From NCBI GenBank assembly GCA_963667785.2, contig CAXXMU010000001.1, positions 512,001-576,000 of the forward strand: a stretch of 64,000 nucleotides of DNA, given 5' to 3'. Of this stretch, positions 40,770 through 50,673 are shown piece after piece (position 1 is the first letter of the stretch; each line of letters opens with the position of its first letter). The stretch is from Alphaproteobacteria bacterium. GTDB lineage: Bacteria > Pseudomonadota > Alphaproteobacteria > UBA828. The notes below the pieces were generated by a model. It worked only from the letters and a program-made list of their open reading frames with translations. It made no database searches and had not been told where the DNA came from. The position numbers and the translations under genes are program-made.

Positions 40770-42765
40770 CTAATGCGTGATTTTCACCTGCGTCCGGGCG
40801 ATGTCGTTGAGCGCCATGGCGCGATCATAGGGATCGTGGATCCTCCGGGCGGTAGCCAGGGCTTCACCGAAGTCTCCGAGTGTTGCCTGCGCTTTGGCGA
40901 TGTCGCGCAACGTCTCGCTACGAACTTCGGGATGCGCGATGCTCCGGGCGACGTCCAGGGCGCCCTGGATGTCGCCGGCTTGTGCATACGCGTCAGCGAC
41001 TTGACGAAGTGTCTTGGCGCGGATGTCTGCGTCTTCGATGCTCCGGGCAGTAGCCAAGGCGCCCTGCCTGTCGCCGATTTCCGCCTGTGATGTGGCGATT
41101 GAGCCGAGCAGGTCTGCGCGACCGCCCGCATCGGCGACACTACGGGCGGCGCTCAGGGCTCCGGCGAAGGACTGGGCCGCTCCGGTGGGGTCGCCGACTT
41201 TCGCCAGCCCGGCGGCGATGTTGAGGAGCGACCAGCCGCGGAAGTGCGCATCTGCAATGTTGCGGGCGGATTCCAGGGCCTCGGAGAAAGACCGGGCCGC
41301 CCCGGTGGGATCGCCGGCTTGTGCATACACGGCAGCGATTTGGCGGAGTGTCTCGGTGCGCTCATATGCGTCTTCAATGCTTCGGGCAGCAGCCGAGGCG
41401 CCTTGCCCGTCGTCGATTTCCGCCTGCGAGGTGGCAATGTCGCGGATCGTCCAGCCGCGGGCATCCGCATCGGTAATGCTCTGGGCGGCCGCCAGGGCCT
41501 CGGCGAAGGACTGAGCCGCTCCGGAGAGGTCGCCGACTTTCGCCTGCGCTTCGGCGACGTCGCGGAACGTCCGGCCGCGGTCGCCCGCATCGGCAATGCT
41601 CCGGGCGGCGGCCAGGGCCTCGGCAAAGGTCCGAGCTACACCGGCGGAGTCACCAGCGTTCGCCTGCGCTTCGGCGATTGCGCCGAGTGCCTGGGCTCGG
41701 CCACGAGCGGAGACGATGCTCCTGGCGGTCGCCACGGCTTCGGCGATGCGCGTGGCTGCACCGTCGGTGTCGCCGGCTTTGGCCTGCGCTTCGGCGATGC
41801 TGGTGAGCGTCAAGGCGCGACCGCGTGCATCCGCCACGTTCCTGGCCACAACAAGGGCACCGGGGATGTCTCCGGCCTTCGTCCGCGCCTCCGCAACCTC
41901 GTAGAGTGCCCACGCGCGCCGCTGCTTGTCCCGGATGCTCCCAACAGAGGCGAGGGCGCCGTCGATGTCGCCGGCGTTCAACTGCGCGTCGGCGATGTGA
42001 GTATACGTCTGGGATTGGTCCAGATCGTCGTTGACGAGCCGGGCGGCCGACAGCGCGTCGGCGATGGATTGGGCCGCTCCGTGGGAATCGCCGGCGTTCG
42101 TCTGCGCCGCTCCGATACTGCCGAATGCCCGGGCGCGACTGCCCCAATTGGAAATGCTTCGTGCGGTGGCAAGCGCGCCGCGGATGTCGCCAGCTTCGGC
42201 TTGTAGGGTGGCGATGTTTTCGAGTGTTGACGAACGTCGCCATATGTCTCCAACGCTCCCGGCGGTGACGAGAGCGCCACGACTGTCGCCGGCTTCCATC
42301 AGCGCCGTAGAGATGGCGATGAACACCGAGTCACGGTTGCCTGGCGCTTCGATGCTCCGTGCGGTGGCGAGCGCACCGTCGATGTCGCCGGCTTCCACCT
42401 GCACCCTCGCGATATCGTCCAGCGCCGAGGCACGGCTGCCTTCATATTCGGTGCGCCAGGAGGTGTATGTGCCACACGCAATCATCATCGGGACTCGGGG
42501 CCGGATCTTCTATGCTCTGGGCCGCGGTCAGGGCCTCGGACAGGGTGTCCAGAGCCGCTTGCACCGATACCGCTGCGTCGTGCGAAGGCAGGGAGGCGTC
42601 GGTCTCATCGCCTCCCCGTGTTGCATCCTCGTCGGCGGCGTTTACGCACTTTGCATGCGCGGGGATCAGCAGAGCGCAGGCCAGGATCGCGGCGAACAGT
42701 GCCGTTACCCGCCGCGAAGGCGCGCGCTCGATCGGGGGACGCGCTCGTGAGGTGCCGCAATTCAT
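40770..42765 (-). pseudogene. Secreted TPR-like alpha-solenoid repeat protein, frameshifted near 42445-42500
   Basis: Signal peptide and first half-repeat in frame 42765-42442 (ATG behind GAGAGG); 15 full repeats in the other frame 42488-40770; visibly more A/T at third codon positions than the flanks. Confidence 0.75.
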
Positions 42766-42866
42766 GATCCGCCTCTCTCGAATGTCTGTCCCGTATGACG
42801 CATGCCACGGTCCAATCCTTGGTGGCGTCCCCAGGGCAGGCGTAAGCCAGCAACAAAAGACGGAGG

Positions 42867-42958
42867 TGTTGATCAGCACGTGGATTGGACGCCGATCGGC
42901 GTCCTAACTCGTTGATTTTGCGTGACACAGTTGGGTCAAGGTTGGGTGCCGAACAACA
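42867..42958. mobile_element. 92-bp MITE-like element with TG...CA inverted ends (IS21-like)
   Basis: Left end TGTTGATCAGCAC versus reverse complement of the right end TGTTGTTCGGCAC (11/13); internal GGACGCCGATCGGCGTCC palindrome; no target duplication seen. Confidence 0.6.
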
Positions 42959-43030
42959 CGTTCACCCTCGATCAGGGCGTCGTGCAGAGCCGCCACCCTG
43001 GCTTCGTGCTCCTCGAGCAGTCGCAGCCCG
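42959..43030 (-). pseudogene. Fragment of a ParD-family antitoxin
   Basis: Reads GLRLLEEHEARVAALHDALIEGER, the typical middle of a CC2985/ParD-type antitoxin; no start; cut by the MITE. Confidence 0.65.
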
Positions 43031-43039
43031 ACGGCGGGC

Positions 43040-43852
43040 TCAGAGAGGCCACGCCTCCTCGAGCACGCCGCCGCGCCGCAGCACGCCCACACGGCGCGCG
43101 AGCCCGGTCTCGTCGTCGGTCTCCACCAGCACGGCACAGAGGGTGGCATCGCCCAGGGCGGGCGCCGCGCGGGGGCCCGGGCGCTTGCGCGTGAAGCGGG
43201 CGAGCGGAGCGTCCACGGCGAGGCCGATGATCGAATCGTAAGCGCCGCACATGCCGACATCCGAGATATAGGCGGTTCCCTTCGGCAGGATGCGCTGGTC
43301 GGCCGTCGGCACGTGGGTGTGGGTGCCCACCACAAGGGAGACCCGGCCGTCCGCCAGGTAGGCGAGCGCCTGCTTCTCGGCCGTCGCCTCGCCGTGGACA
43401 TCGAGCACGATCGCATCCGCCGATTGGCCGAGGCGATGCTCCTGCAGCGTCTCCTCGACGCAGGCGAAGGGCTCGCCGATCGGGTCCATGAAGAGCTGGG
43501 TCAGCACCTGGAAGACGAAGACCGAGCGGCCGTCCCGCGTGCGCAGCAGCGCGCCGGCGCTGCCCGGCGTCCCCTTCGGGTAGTTGCGGGCGCGGATCAG
43601 CCGCCGGTCGGTCTCGATATAGCTCTCGGTCCCGCGCTGGTCCCAGGCGTGGTTGCCGAGGGTGATCACGTCGGCGCCCACCTGGTAGAGGGTCTTGCAG
43701 ATCTCGGGCGTGATGCCGAAGCCGCCGGCGGCGTTCTCGCCGTTCACGATCACCAGGTCGAGGGCGAGCTCCTCGCGCAGGCCCGGCAGACGCTCCGCCA
43801 GGATGTCGCGACCGGAGCGGCCGACCACGTCGCCGCAGAAGAGGATGCGCAT
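43040..43852 (-). CDS. YmdB/TIGR00282-family metallophosphoesterase
   Basis: GDVVGRSGR, NGENAAGGFG, TLGNHAWD, HGEATAEK, GTHTHVPTAD. Confidence 0.95.
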   Translation of the reverse strand: MRILFCGDVVGRSGRDILAERLPGLREELALDLVIVNGENAAGGFGITPEICKTLYQVGADVITLGNHAWDQRGTESYIETDRRLIRARNYPKGTPGSAGALLRTRDGRSVFVFQVLTQLFMDPIGEPFACVEETLQEHRLGQSADAIVLDVHGEATAEKQALAYLADGRVSLVVGTHTHVPTADQRILPKGTAYISDVGMCGAYDSIIGLAVDAPLARFTRKRPGPRAAPALGDATLCAVLVETDDETGLARRVGVLRRGGVLEEAWPL

Positions 43853-43877
43853 GCGGTCGCTCTTTCCTCGTTCGACG

Positions 43878-44477
43878 TCAGGCCGCGCGGGGCGGGATCG
43901 GCATGGCGCCGCGCTCGGTCACGATCCAGTCCAGCGGCTCGTCGTGCGGGGCCCGCGGCAGGTCCGGCACGAGCTGTTCGGTATAGGCCATGCCGACGGC
44001 GATGACGCGCCGCTTCGCCCGCAGCGCCCGCAGCGACCGGTCGTAGTAGCCGCCGCCGTAGCCGAGCCGGTAGCCGTCCCTGTCGTAGGCGAGCAGCGGC
44101 ACCAGGAGGTGCGTCGGCTCGGCCGGCGTCGCGCTCTCCGGCGGCTCGGGGATGCGGAAGGGCCCCCGCGACAGCGCGGCCCCCGGCGTCCAGGCGCGAA
44201 AGCGGAGCAGCTCGCCCTTGCCCGCCACCGCCGGCAGGCAGCAGACGAAGCCGGCGCCGACGAGCCGCGCCAGCAGCGGCATGGCGTCGATCTCGTCCCT
44301 GATCGCCCAGTAGCCGGAAACGACCGCGCCGGCGGGCGTGGGAACCACGGCCAGGTAGTGGTTGGCGGCGCGGACGCCGGCACCAGGCCCTGCGGTCCGC
44401 CGTGCGGACCGCCGCCTGGCAAGCGCGTACTCGCGCAGCGCCTGCTTGCGATCCTGGATGGCGGCGCTGTGAGACAC
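43878..44477 (-). CDS. ygfA: 5-formyltetrahydrofolate cyclo-ligase
   Basis: KQALRE, LVPLLAYDRDGYRLGYGGGYYDR, HDEPLDWIVTE; downstream of 6S RNA. Confidence 0.95.
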   Translation of the reverse strand: MSHSAAIQDRKQALREYALARRRSARRTAGPGAGVRAANHYLAVVPTPAGAVVSGYWAIRDEIDAMPLLARLVGAGFVCCLPAVAGKGELLRFRAWTPGAALSRGPFRIPEPPESATPAEPTHLLVPLLAYDRDGYRLGYGGGYYDRSLRALRAKRRVIAVGMAYTEQLVPDLPRAPHDEPLDWIVTERGAMPIPPRAA

Positions 44478-44502
44478 GGTCGGGCCCCGGTGCAGGAGAG
44501 GG

Positions 44503-44664
44503 GGACGGCCCCGCCTGAGCCGTCACGCCCAGAGCTTCCTCCAGGCCGAGATGACCAGGTGGGCGCCGTATTGTCGGAACCGCGGCCCCGGCAGGGACAG
44601 CTCCCTTGAAGCGTAAATTGACCGCGGGAAGCAGTCGGCGCGACTAACCCGGCAGGTACCGTCC
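44503..44664 (-). ncRNA. ssrS: 6S RNA
   Basis: Between zapA and ygfA; complementary ends GGACGG/CCGTCC; alphaproteobacterial 6S motifs CAAGGGAGCTGTCCCT and GGCGCCCACCTG. Confidence 0.88.
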
Positions 44665-44674
44665 GGACCGGAAT

Positions 44675-45028
44675 CTAGTCCTTCTCCAAACGCCCGGCAA
44701 TGCTCTCGATCCGCTCCGCAAGCGCGTCGACGAGCGGTGCGAACCGGGATTCGAACGCCGCCTCCGCATCCTGGCGGGCCTTCCGCTCCACCCGCTTCGT
44801 GTGCGACTGCAGCCGATCGAGCTCGTCGTAGGCATCGGCCAGCTCGTCGGCGACGACGAGGCTGGTCATCACCAGAAGGCGCGCCTCGCCGACCCTGCCG
44901 ACCGAATCCGCGAGCTCGTGGGCGCGGCGGTCGAGATAGGCGGCGAGCTTCGTCACGTGCTCTTCCTGGCCGTCGTCGCAGGAGACCGGGTAACGCCGCC
45001 CGCCGATCGTGACCGCTACCTCGCCCAT
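44675..45028 (-). CDS. zapA: Cell division protein ZapA
   Basis: VTIGGRRYPVSCDDGQEEH, EARLLVMTSLVVADEL. Confidence 0.93.
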   Translation of the reverse strand: MGEVAVTIGGRRYPVSCDDGQEEHVTKLAAYLDRRAHELADSVGRVGEARLLVMTSLVVADELADAYDELDRLQSHTKRVERKARQDAEAAFESRFAPLVDALAERIESIAGRLEKD

Positions 45029-45037
45029 CGTCGCGTC

Positions 45038-45349
45038 CTACACGCCGAGGATCGCACGGAGCGAGCCGATCGCGTCGTCGAGCCGCTCGGCCACCGCTTC
45101 GTTGGTCTGGCGTGCGGCGGTCTGGCGCTCCCTTGCATCCTCGAGTGCCAGCGCGAGCCGCGCCCGCTCCGACCTGAGGCCCTCGACATCGGCGCGTAAG
45201 GCGTCCCGCTCGCGCTCGACCTCGGCGACCGCGCCGGCCGGCGCCGGATCAGGCGCGCTCCCAGCCTGGAGATGACCATTCGCGAGTGCCTTGTCGAGGC
45301 GGTCGACGGCTTGCTCGAGTCGGGCGCTCGCCTTCTTCAGATCGGACAT
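45038..45349 (-). CDS. DUF4164-like coiled-coil protein upstream of zapA
   Basis: ASARLEQAVDRLDKAL...VAERLDDAIGSLRAIL; conserved alphaproteobacterial position. Confidence 0.8.
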   Translation of the reverse strand: MSDLKKASARLEQAVDRLDKALANGHLQAGSAPDPAPAGAVAEVERERDALRADVEGLRSERARLALALEDARERQTAARQTNEAVAERLDDAIGSLRAILGV

Positions 45350-45486
45350 GACGAAGGCGCCATTTATTATTCTGCGGGCTGCAAAACTTGTCTCCCTCCC
45401 AGGCCCGCGCGAAGACAGTAGAACGCCCGCCCGGCAAGCGTCAACTCGCACCGCGCCGCACCGCGCCGTGGCGTCGCCGGCCCGGC

Positions 45487-47016
45487 TCAGTCGAGATAGC
45501 GCCGCTGCAGGTGCGCCTTGAAGACCGCCGTGGAGAGCGGTGTGCCGGTCGCGCGTTCCAGCAGCGCCGGCCCGTCGTGACGGGAGGCGAGGCGGTGAAC
45601 GTTGACCTGAAGCCAGCCGAGGAGCGGCCTGAAATCGCCCCGCTCGATCGCCTGCCACAGGTCCGGCTCGTCGCAGGCGGCGGCGGCGAAGAACTGCGCC
45701 GCCATCAGCGCGCCGACCGTGTAGCTCGGGAAGTAGCCGAACTCGCCCACCGACCAGTGGATGTCCTGCAGGCAGCCCTCCGCGTGGCAGCGGGGCCGCA
45801 GCCCGAGCAGGGACTCGTGGATATCGGCCCAGGCGCCCGGAATCTCGTCGCAGGCCAGATCGTCTGCGACGAGCGCACGCTCCAGCCGGTAGCGCAGCAT
45901 GATGTGGGCCGGGTACGTCACCTCGTCGGCGTCCACCCTGATGTATCCGGGCTCAACATGGATCGCCCGCCTGTAAAGCGCGTCCGCATCGCATGCCGCC
46001 GCGCCCTCGCCGCCGAGATGCTCGTGCAGAAGCGGCGCGAGGAAGCGCATGAAGGGGCGGCTGCGGCAGGCCTGCATCTCGATCAGGAGCGACTGGCTCT
46101 CGTGGAGCGCCATGCCCGCGGCCCGGCCCACCGGCTGGTAGCGCCAGTCTTCCGGCAGCCCCGCTTCGTAGAGGGCGTGGCCGGTCTCGTGCAGGACCCC
46201 CATCAGGCCGGTGAGCGCGTCGGCCTCGTCGTAGCGGGTCGTGATGCGGATGTCGCCGGCGCTGCCGCCGCAGAAGGGATGAAGGCTGACATCGAGGCGC
46301 CCGTGCTCGAAGTCGAAGCCGAGCGCGCCCATCAGGTGCCGGGCGAGTGCCTGCTGCGCGGCGACCGGAGCGGCGACCGGTGGCGGCGGCGGGGTGCCGC
46401 CCGCCTGCTTCTCGCGCACGCGGCCGAGGAGCTCGGGAAGGAACGCCGCCAGGTCGTCGAACAGGGGATCGACGACGGCGGTGCCAAGGCCCGGTTCGTG
46501 TGACTCCATCAAGGCGTCGTAGGGCGCATGACCGAGCGCCTCGCCGAGCGCCGCCGCCTTCTCGCGGACCAGCCCCAGCAAGGGCGCGAAGGCGGCCGCG
46601 AAGGCGGTAAAGTCGCTCGCCGGCCGCGCCTCGCGCCACACCATCTCGCAGTGCGACGCGGCCTCGCTCAGCGCCGCGACCAGGTCCGCCGGCAGCGCTG
46701 TCGCCTCGCGCCAGCGCCGCCGCATGCGCGCGAGATTGGCCCGTTGCCAGTCGTCGAGCGCGCCGTCGCCTGCGGCGGCGTCCGCTTCCGTCTCGGCCAC
46801 GCCCAGCAGGTCGCCGACGCGGGCATCGGTCAGCATCTCGTGGCGGATCAGGGCCAGCTCGGCGAGCTGGGCGGACCGCGCCTCGGCGCCGCCCGGCGGC
46901 ATCATCGTCGCCCAGTCCCAGTGCAGCATCGAAGCCGCGCCCGAGAGGAGGCCGAGGCGCCGGAAGCGGGCCTCCAGCGCACCATAGGCGCTCGCGTCGC
47001 GCGCGGTCCCGCTCAC
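45487..47016 (-). CDS. Carboxypeptidase, M32 (Taq) family
   Basis: WDWATMMPPGG, GRLDVSLHPF, HETGHALYE, HESQS, IRVDADEVTY, QDIHWS. Confidence 0.96.
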   Translation of the reverse strand: MSGTARDASAYGALEARFRRLGLLSGAASMLHWDWATMMPPGGAEARSAQLAELALIRHEMLTDARVGDLLGVAETEADAAAGDGALDDWQRANLARMRRRWREATALPADLVAALSEAASHCEMVWREARPASDFTAFAAAFAPLLGLVREKAAALGEALGHAPYDALMESHEPGLGTAVVDPLFDDLAAFLPELLGRVREKQAGGTPPPPPVAAPVAAQQALARHLMGALGFDFEHGRLDVSLHPFCGGSAGDIRITTRYDEADALTGLMGVLHETGHALYEAGLPEDWRYQPVGRAAGMALHESQSLLIEMQACRSRPFMRFLAPLLHEHLGGEGAAACDADALYRRAIHVEPGYIRVDADEVTYPAHIMLRYRLERALVADDLACDEIPGAWADIHESLLGLRPRCHAEGCLQDIHWSVGEFGYFPSYTVGALMAAQFFAAAACDEPDLWQAIERGDFRPLLGWLQVNVHRLASRHDGPALLERATGTPLSTAVFKAHLQRRYLD

Positions 47017-47017
47017 G

Positions 47018-47779
47018 TCACCCGGCTCGCCCGCCGCTCTCGTTGGCGTCGTCCGGGCGTCGGCCGCGGCGCATGAAGATCGCGTAGATGACCGCGAGGC
47101 TCACGGCGAGCGCGTACCAGATGACGATGTACTGCATGTGCTCACTGCGCAGCTCGACCTTGGTCTGCCCGCCGATCGGCAGCCCGCCCGGGTTGGGCGC
47201 CGGGCCCGCATCGACCAGGAAGGCGGGCGCGGGAATGCCCGCCTTGGCCGCGAGCGAGTCGGTGTCGGTCCAGAACCAGAGGTTGTGCTCGGGCTCGTTG
47301 TCGGGGGTGAACCAGCCGGCCCGACCGGCGGGGACGACGACGCCTTCGAGGCGGATCGTGCCCCGGATCTGGCCGCCGAGCCGGGTCGCCGGATCCTTGC
47401 TCTCCAGCGGCACCCAGCCGCGGTTCACCAGCACCGCCGCGCCGCCCTCGCGCTCGAAGGGCGTGACGATCTGATAGCCAACCCGGCGGTCGAAGGTGCG
47501 GGCGGCGAGGAACATCTCCGCCTCGTGGTCGAAGCGGCCCTCGAGCCAGACCCGGTGCCAGGCGAGGGAGGCCGCATCGTCGAGAGCGGCGGGCAGCATG
47601 ACCGCCTCCGCCTGGAACCGGGAGAGACGCTCCTCGTTAAGCTCGGTCTTCCACATCAGGCGATGGACCTGCCAGGAGCCGAGCGCCAGCAGGATCATGA
47701 TGGCCGGGATCGCGAACCACGTCGCCCTCCGGCGGGCGCGCGCGCTCGGCGCCTGCGGGCGGGCATTGTCGTCACTCAC
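47018..47779 (-). CDS. SURF1-family cytochrome oxidase biogenesis protein
   Basis: LGSWQVHRLMWK, LVNRGWVP, HMQYIVIWYAL. Confidence 0.93.
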   Translation of the reverse strand: MSDDNARPQAPSARARRRATWFAIPAIMILLALGSWQVHRLMWKTELNEERLSRFQAEAVMLPAALDDAASLAWHRVWLEGRFDHEAEMFLAARTFDRRVGYQIVTPFEREGGAAVLVNRGWVPLESKDPATRLGGQIRGTIRLEGVVVPAGRAGWFTPDNEPEHNLWFWTDTDSLAAKAGIPAPAFLVDAGPAPNPGGLPIGGQTKVELRSEHMQYIVIWYALAVSLAVIYAIFMRRGRRPDDANESGGRAG

Positions 47780-48143
47780 CAAAGCCGGCGGCCCTGTGCC
47801 TGTACTGGAGCGCGATCAGGAGCGCCTTGGCGGGCCTGAGCAGGACCAGGCTGCCGATGGTGATCGCCGGCAGCCAGAGCACGGCGTGGAGCCAGTAGGG
47901 CGGCGCGTGGGTGAACTCCAGCCAGAAGGCGAGCGCGACGACCACCGCGCCGACGATGAACATGACGAAGACCGCCGGCCCGTCGGCGCTGTCGTGCTGC
48001 TTCAGCTCGAACCCGCAGGCGCCGCAGCGGTCGGCGACCCGCAGGTAGCCGGCGAACAGCTTGCCGCGCCCGCAGCGGGGACAGCGGAAGAGAAACCCGG
48101 CCTTCAGGACCGAAACAGATGGATAGTAGGTGCCATCCGTCAT
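47772..48143 (-). CDS. DUF983-domain protein
   Basis: RCPRCGRGKLF, CGACG, DSADGPA, LLRPAKALLIALQY. Confidence 0.9.
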   Translation of the reverse strand: MTDGTYYPSVSVLKAGFLFRCPRCGRGKLFAGYLRVADRCGACGFELKQHDSADGPAVFVMFIVGAVVVALAFWLEFTHAPPYWLHAVLWLPAITIGSLVLLRPAKALLIALQYRHRAAGFGE

Positions 48144-48153
48144 GCCGTCCCGA

Positions 48154-48957
48154 TCAACCGCCCCACCAGTAGATCCAGATGAACAGGAACAGCCAGACCA
48201 CGTCGACGAAGTGCCAGTACCAGGCCGCGGCCTCCAGCCCGATATGCTGGTCCGGCTTGAACTGCTTCTTCAGCGCCCGATAGAGGCAGACCGCGAGGAA
48301 GATCGCGCCGACGGTGACGTGGAAGCCGTGGAAGCCCGTCGCCATGAAGAAGGTGGAGGGATAGATGCCCTCGCGGAAGCCGAAGGCCGCATGCGCGTAC
48401 TCGTAGCCCTGCACGCCGATGAAGGCGACGCCGAGCGCAACGGTGAGCGCGAGCCCGTAGACCAGCTGCTGCTGGTTGCCGTGGCGGAGCGCATGGTGCG
48501 CCCAGGTCACGGTGGCGCCCGAGGTCAGCAGAAGCAGCGTGTTGACGAAGGGGAGTCGCCAGGCGGGGATGGTCTCGACCCCCGGCGGCGGCCAGGTGTT
48601 CGCGATCACGTCGGGCGGCATGATCGCGGCGTTGAAGAACGCCCAGAAGAACGCCGCGAAGAACATCACCTCCGAGGCGATGAAGAGCACCATGCCGAAG
48701 CGGAGCCCCCTCTGAACGACCTGGGTGTGCTCGTTCTCGACGAGCGCCTCGCGGATCACGTCGCGCCACCAGAAGTACATGGTGAGCAGGACGATGACCC
48801 CGCCGATGGTCATCAGCCAGAGCTGGCCGGTGTGCATGTAGATGACCACGCCGCCGAGTCCCAGACCGCCGCCGCCGAGGGCGCCGATGACCGGCCACGG
48901 GCTCGGCTTCACCATGTGGTATTCGTGGTTCGCGGTACCGTGTGCGCTATCCGCCAT
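48154..48957 (-). CDS. ctaE: Cytochrome c oxidase subunit III
   Basis: YHMVKPSPWP, FIASEVMFF, TGFHGFHV, AAWYWHFVDVVWLFL. Confidence 0.96.
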   Translation of the reverse strand: MADSAHGTANHEYHMVKPSPWPVIGALGGGGLGLGGVVIYMHTGQLWLMTIGGVIVLLTMYFWWRDVIREALVENEHTQVVQRGLRFGMVLFIASEVMFFAAFFWAFFNAAIMPPDVIANTWPPPGVETIPAWRLPFVNTLLLLTSGATVTWAHHALRHGNQQQLVYGLALTVALGVAFIGVQGYEYAHAAFGFREGIYPSTFFMATGFHGFHVTVGAIFLAVCLYRALKKQFKPDQHIGLEAAAWYWHFVDVVWLFLFIWIYWWGG

Positions 48958-49552
48958 ACCTGAACTCGCTCCCTGGTCTGGGGCTCGCCGCGTCGGGGGC
49001 GCTCGCGTCGGCGGCATCCGGCGCCATCGCGGTTTCCGTGCTGCCCTCTCCGCGTGCAAAGAACGTGTAGGACAAGGTGATCGTGGTCACGTCATCGAGC
49101 CGGCGATCCTCCACGATTTCGGGATCGACGAAGAACGAGACCGGAAAGTCGGCGCGCTCACCCGGGGCGAGCAGCTGCTCCTCGAAGCAGAAGCACTCGA
49201 TCTTGTTGAAATAGGCGCCGGCCTTCACCGGCGTCACGTTGAAGGTGGACGTGCCGACGAGCGCGCGGTCCGAGCGGTTCTGGGCATTGTAGACGGCCAT
49301 GGCCATCTCGCCCACGCGCACCGTCATCTCGCGCTGCTCGGGCTTGAAGTGCCACGGCAGGTCGCGGGCGGTGTCGGCGTTGAAGCGGACCGTCACCACG
49401 CGCTCGCCGATGGCGACGGGTGCTTCCTCCGCCACCTGCGTGGTGCCGCCGAAGCCGGTGACCTGACAGAAGAGCCGGTAGAGCGGCACCGCGGCAAACG
49501 AGAGGCCCACCATGCCGCACACCACCCCGCCGAGGATCAGCGCGGTCGCCAT
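48947..49552 (-). CDS. ctaG: Cytochrome c oxidase assembly protein (Cox11 family)
   Basis: VPLYRLFCQVTGFGGT, YFNKIECFCF, ITLSYTF. Confidence 0.95.
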   Translation of the reverse strand: MATALILGGVVCGMVGLSFAAVPLYRLFCQVTGFGGTTQVAEEAPVAIGERVVTVRFNADTARDLPWHFKPEQREMTVRVGEMAMAVYNAQNRSDRALVGTSTFNVTPVKAGAYFNKIECFCFEEQLLAPGERADFPVSFFVDPEIVEDRRLDDVTTITLSYTFFARGEGSTETAMAPDAADASAPDAASPRPGSEFRYGG

Positions 49553-49603
49553 GCGCCGCCGGCCGGCAGCGCGTGCGGCGTGCGGGGCGCCTCGGCCGCC
49601 ATC

Positions 49604-49738
49604 CTATTCGCCCCCCATCCTGACGATGGTGATGAGATAGAACAGGATCGCGAGCGCCAGCAGCGCGCCGCCGAGCGCGAAGTTGCGGACCTTGCGCCGC
49701 CGCTCCGTGTCCCGGTCCTTCACGACACCGCCCCTCAT
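49604..49738 (-). CDS. Small membrane protein (CoxF-like) in the cox operon
   Basis: [29 protein letters not shown]; ATGA overlap with the ctaB stop. Confidence 0.75.
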   Translation of the reverse strand: MRGGVVKDRDTERRRKVRNFALGGALLALAILFYLITIVRMGGE

Positions 49739-50652
49739 GGCACGACCGGGACCGGCCATGCGTGATCCGCGAGCAGGAGCGCGAAGAGCGCGAAGAGATA
49801 GAGGATCGACGTGCCGAAGAGCCGCTTGGCGGCGGCGGTGCTGTGGTCGACGAGGACACGGAACGCGCCGGCCGCGAACAGCAGCCCGGCCGCCAGCGCC
49901 CCGATGCCGTAGACCGCGCCCACGTCGCCGGTCGCGCACGGCGCGAGGCTCACGGGCACCAGCAGCAGCGCGTAGGCCACGATCCAGCGCCGGGTGCTGC
50001 GCTCGCCCGCCACCACCGGCAGCATCGGCACGTCGGCGGCCTCGTAGTCGGACGAGCGAACCAGCGCCAGCGCCCAGAAGTGCGGCGGGGTCCAGAGGAA
50101 GACGATGGCGAAGAGCAGCACGGCCGTGAGGTCGATCCCGCCGGTCACCGCAGCCCAGCCGATCATGGGCGGAAAGGCGCCGGCCGCCCCGCCGATCACG
50201 ATGTTCTGCGGCGTGCGCCGCTTCAGCCACATGGTGTAGATCACCACGTAGAAGAAGATCGTGAAGGCGAGCAGCCCGGCCGCGACCCAGTTGACCGCGA
50301 GCCCCATGAGCGCCGTCGAGCCCGCAGACAGCACGATGCCGAGGCCGAGCGCAGCCCCCGGCTCGACCCGCCCCGCCGGGACCGGCCGGGTGCGGGTCCG
50401 CGTCATCACGGCGTCGATGTCCCGGTCGTACCACATGTTGATCGCCGCGGACCCGCCGGCGCCGATGGCGATGCAGAGCACCGCGACCGCCGCGATCAGC
50501 GGGTGGATGGCGCCGGGTGCGATGACGAGGCCGACCGCGCCGGTGAAGACCACCAGCGACATGACCCGCGGCTTCAGCAGCGCCAGCGCGTCGCCGAGCG
50601 CGACCGGTGCCGCAGCGTCCGCGACAGCCGCTCTCGCCGCCGAATCCGTCAT
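49735..50652 (-). CDS. ctaB: Heme o synthase (protoheme IX farnesyltransferase)
   Basis: [47 protein letters not shown]. Confidence 0.96.
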   Translation of the reverse strand: MTDSAARAAVADAAAPVALGDALALLKPRVMSLVVFTGAVGLVIAPGAIHPLIAAVAVLCIAIGAGGSAAINMWYDRDIDAVMTRTRTRPVPAGRVEPGAALGLGIVLSAGSTALMGLAVNWVAAGLLAFTIFFYVVIYTMWLKRRTPQNIVIGGAAGAFPPMIGWAAVTGGIDLTAVLLFAIVFLWTPPHFWALALVRSSDYEAADVPMLPVVAGERSTRRWIVAYALLLVPVSLAPCATGDVGAVYGIGALAAGLLFAAGAFRVLVDHSTAAAKRLFGTSILYLFALFALLLADHAWPVPVVP

Positions 50653-50673
50653 CGCCCGAGCCCCCCGCGCCGC

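Noticed and set aside
40770-42488. Repetitive DNA as a CRISPR array or TALE/PPR nucleic-acid binder
   Set aside because: Repeats are degenerate, in frame and lack spacers or cas genes; the consensus is TPR-like and the protein has a signal peptide
49553-49603. Out-of-frame ATG at 49602 suggesting a ctaG frameshift
   Set aside because: The in-frame ATG at 49552 already gives the full TM helix and Cox11 domain, so nothing essential is missing
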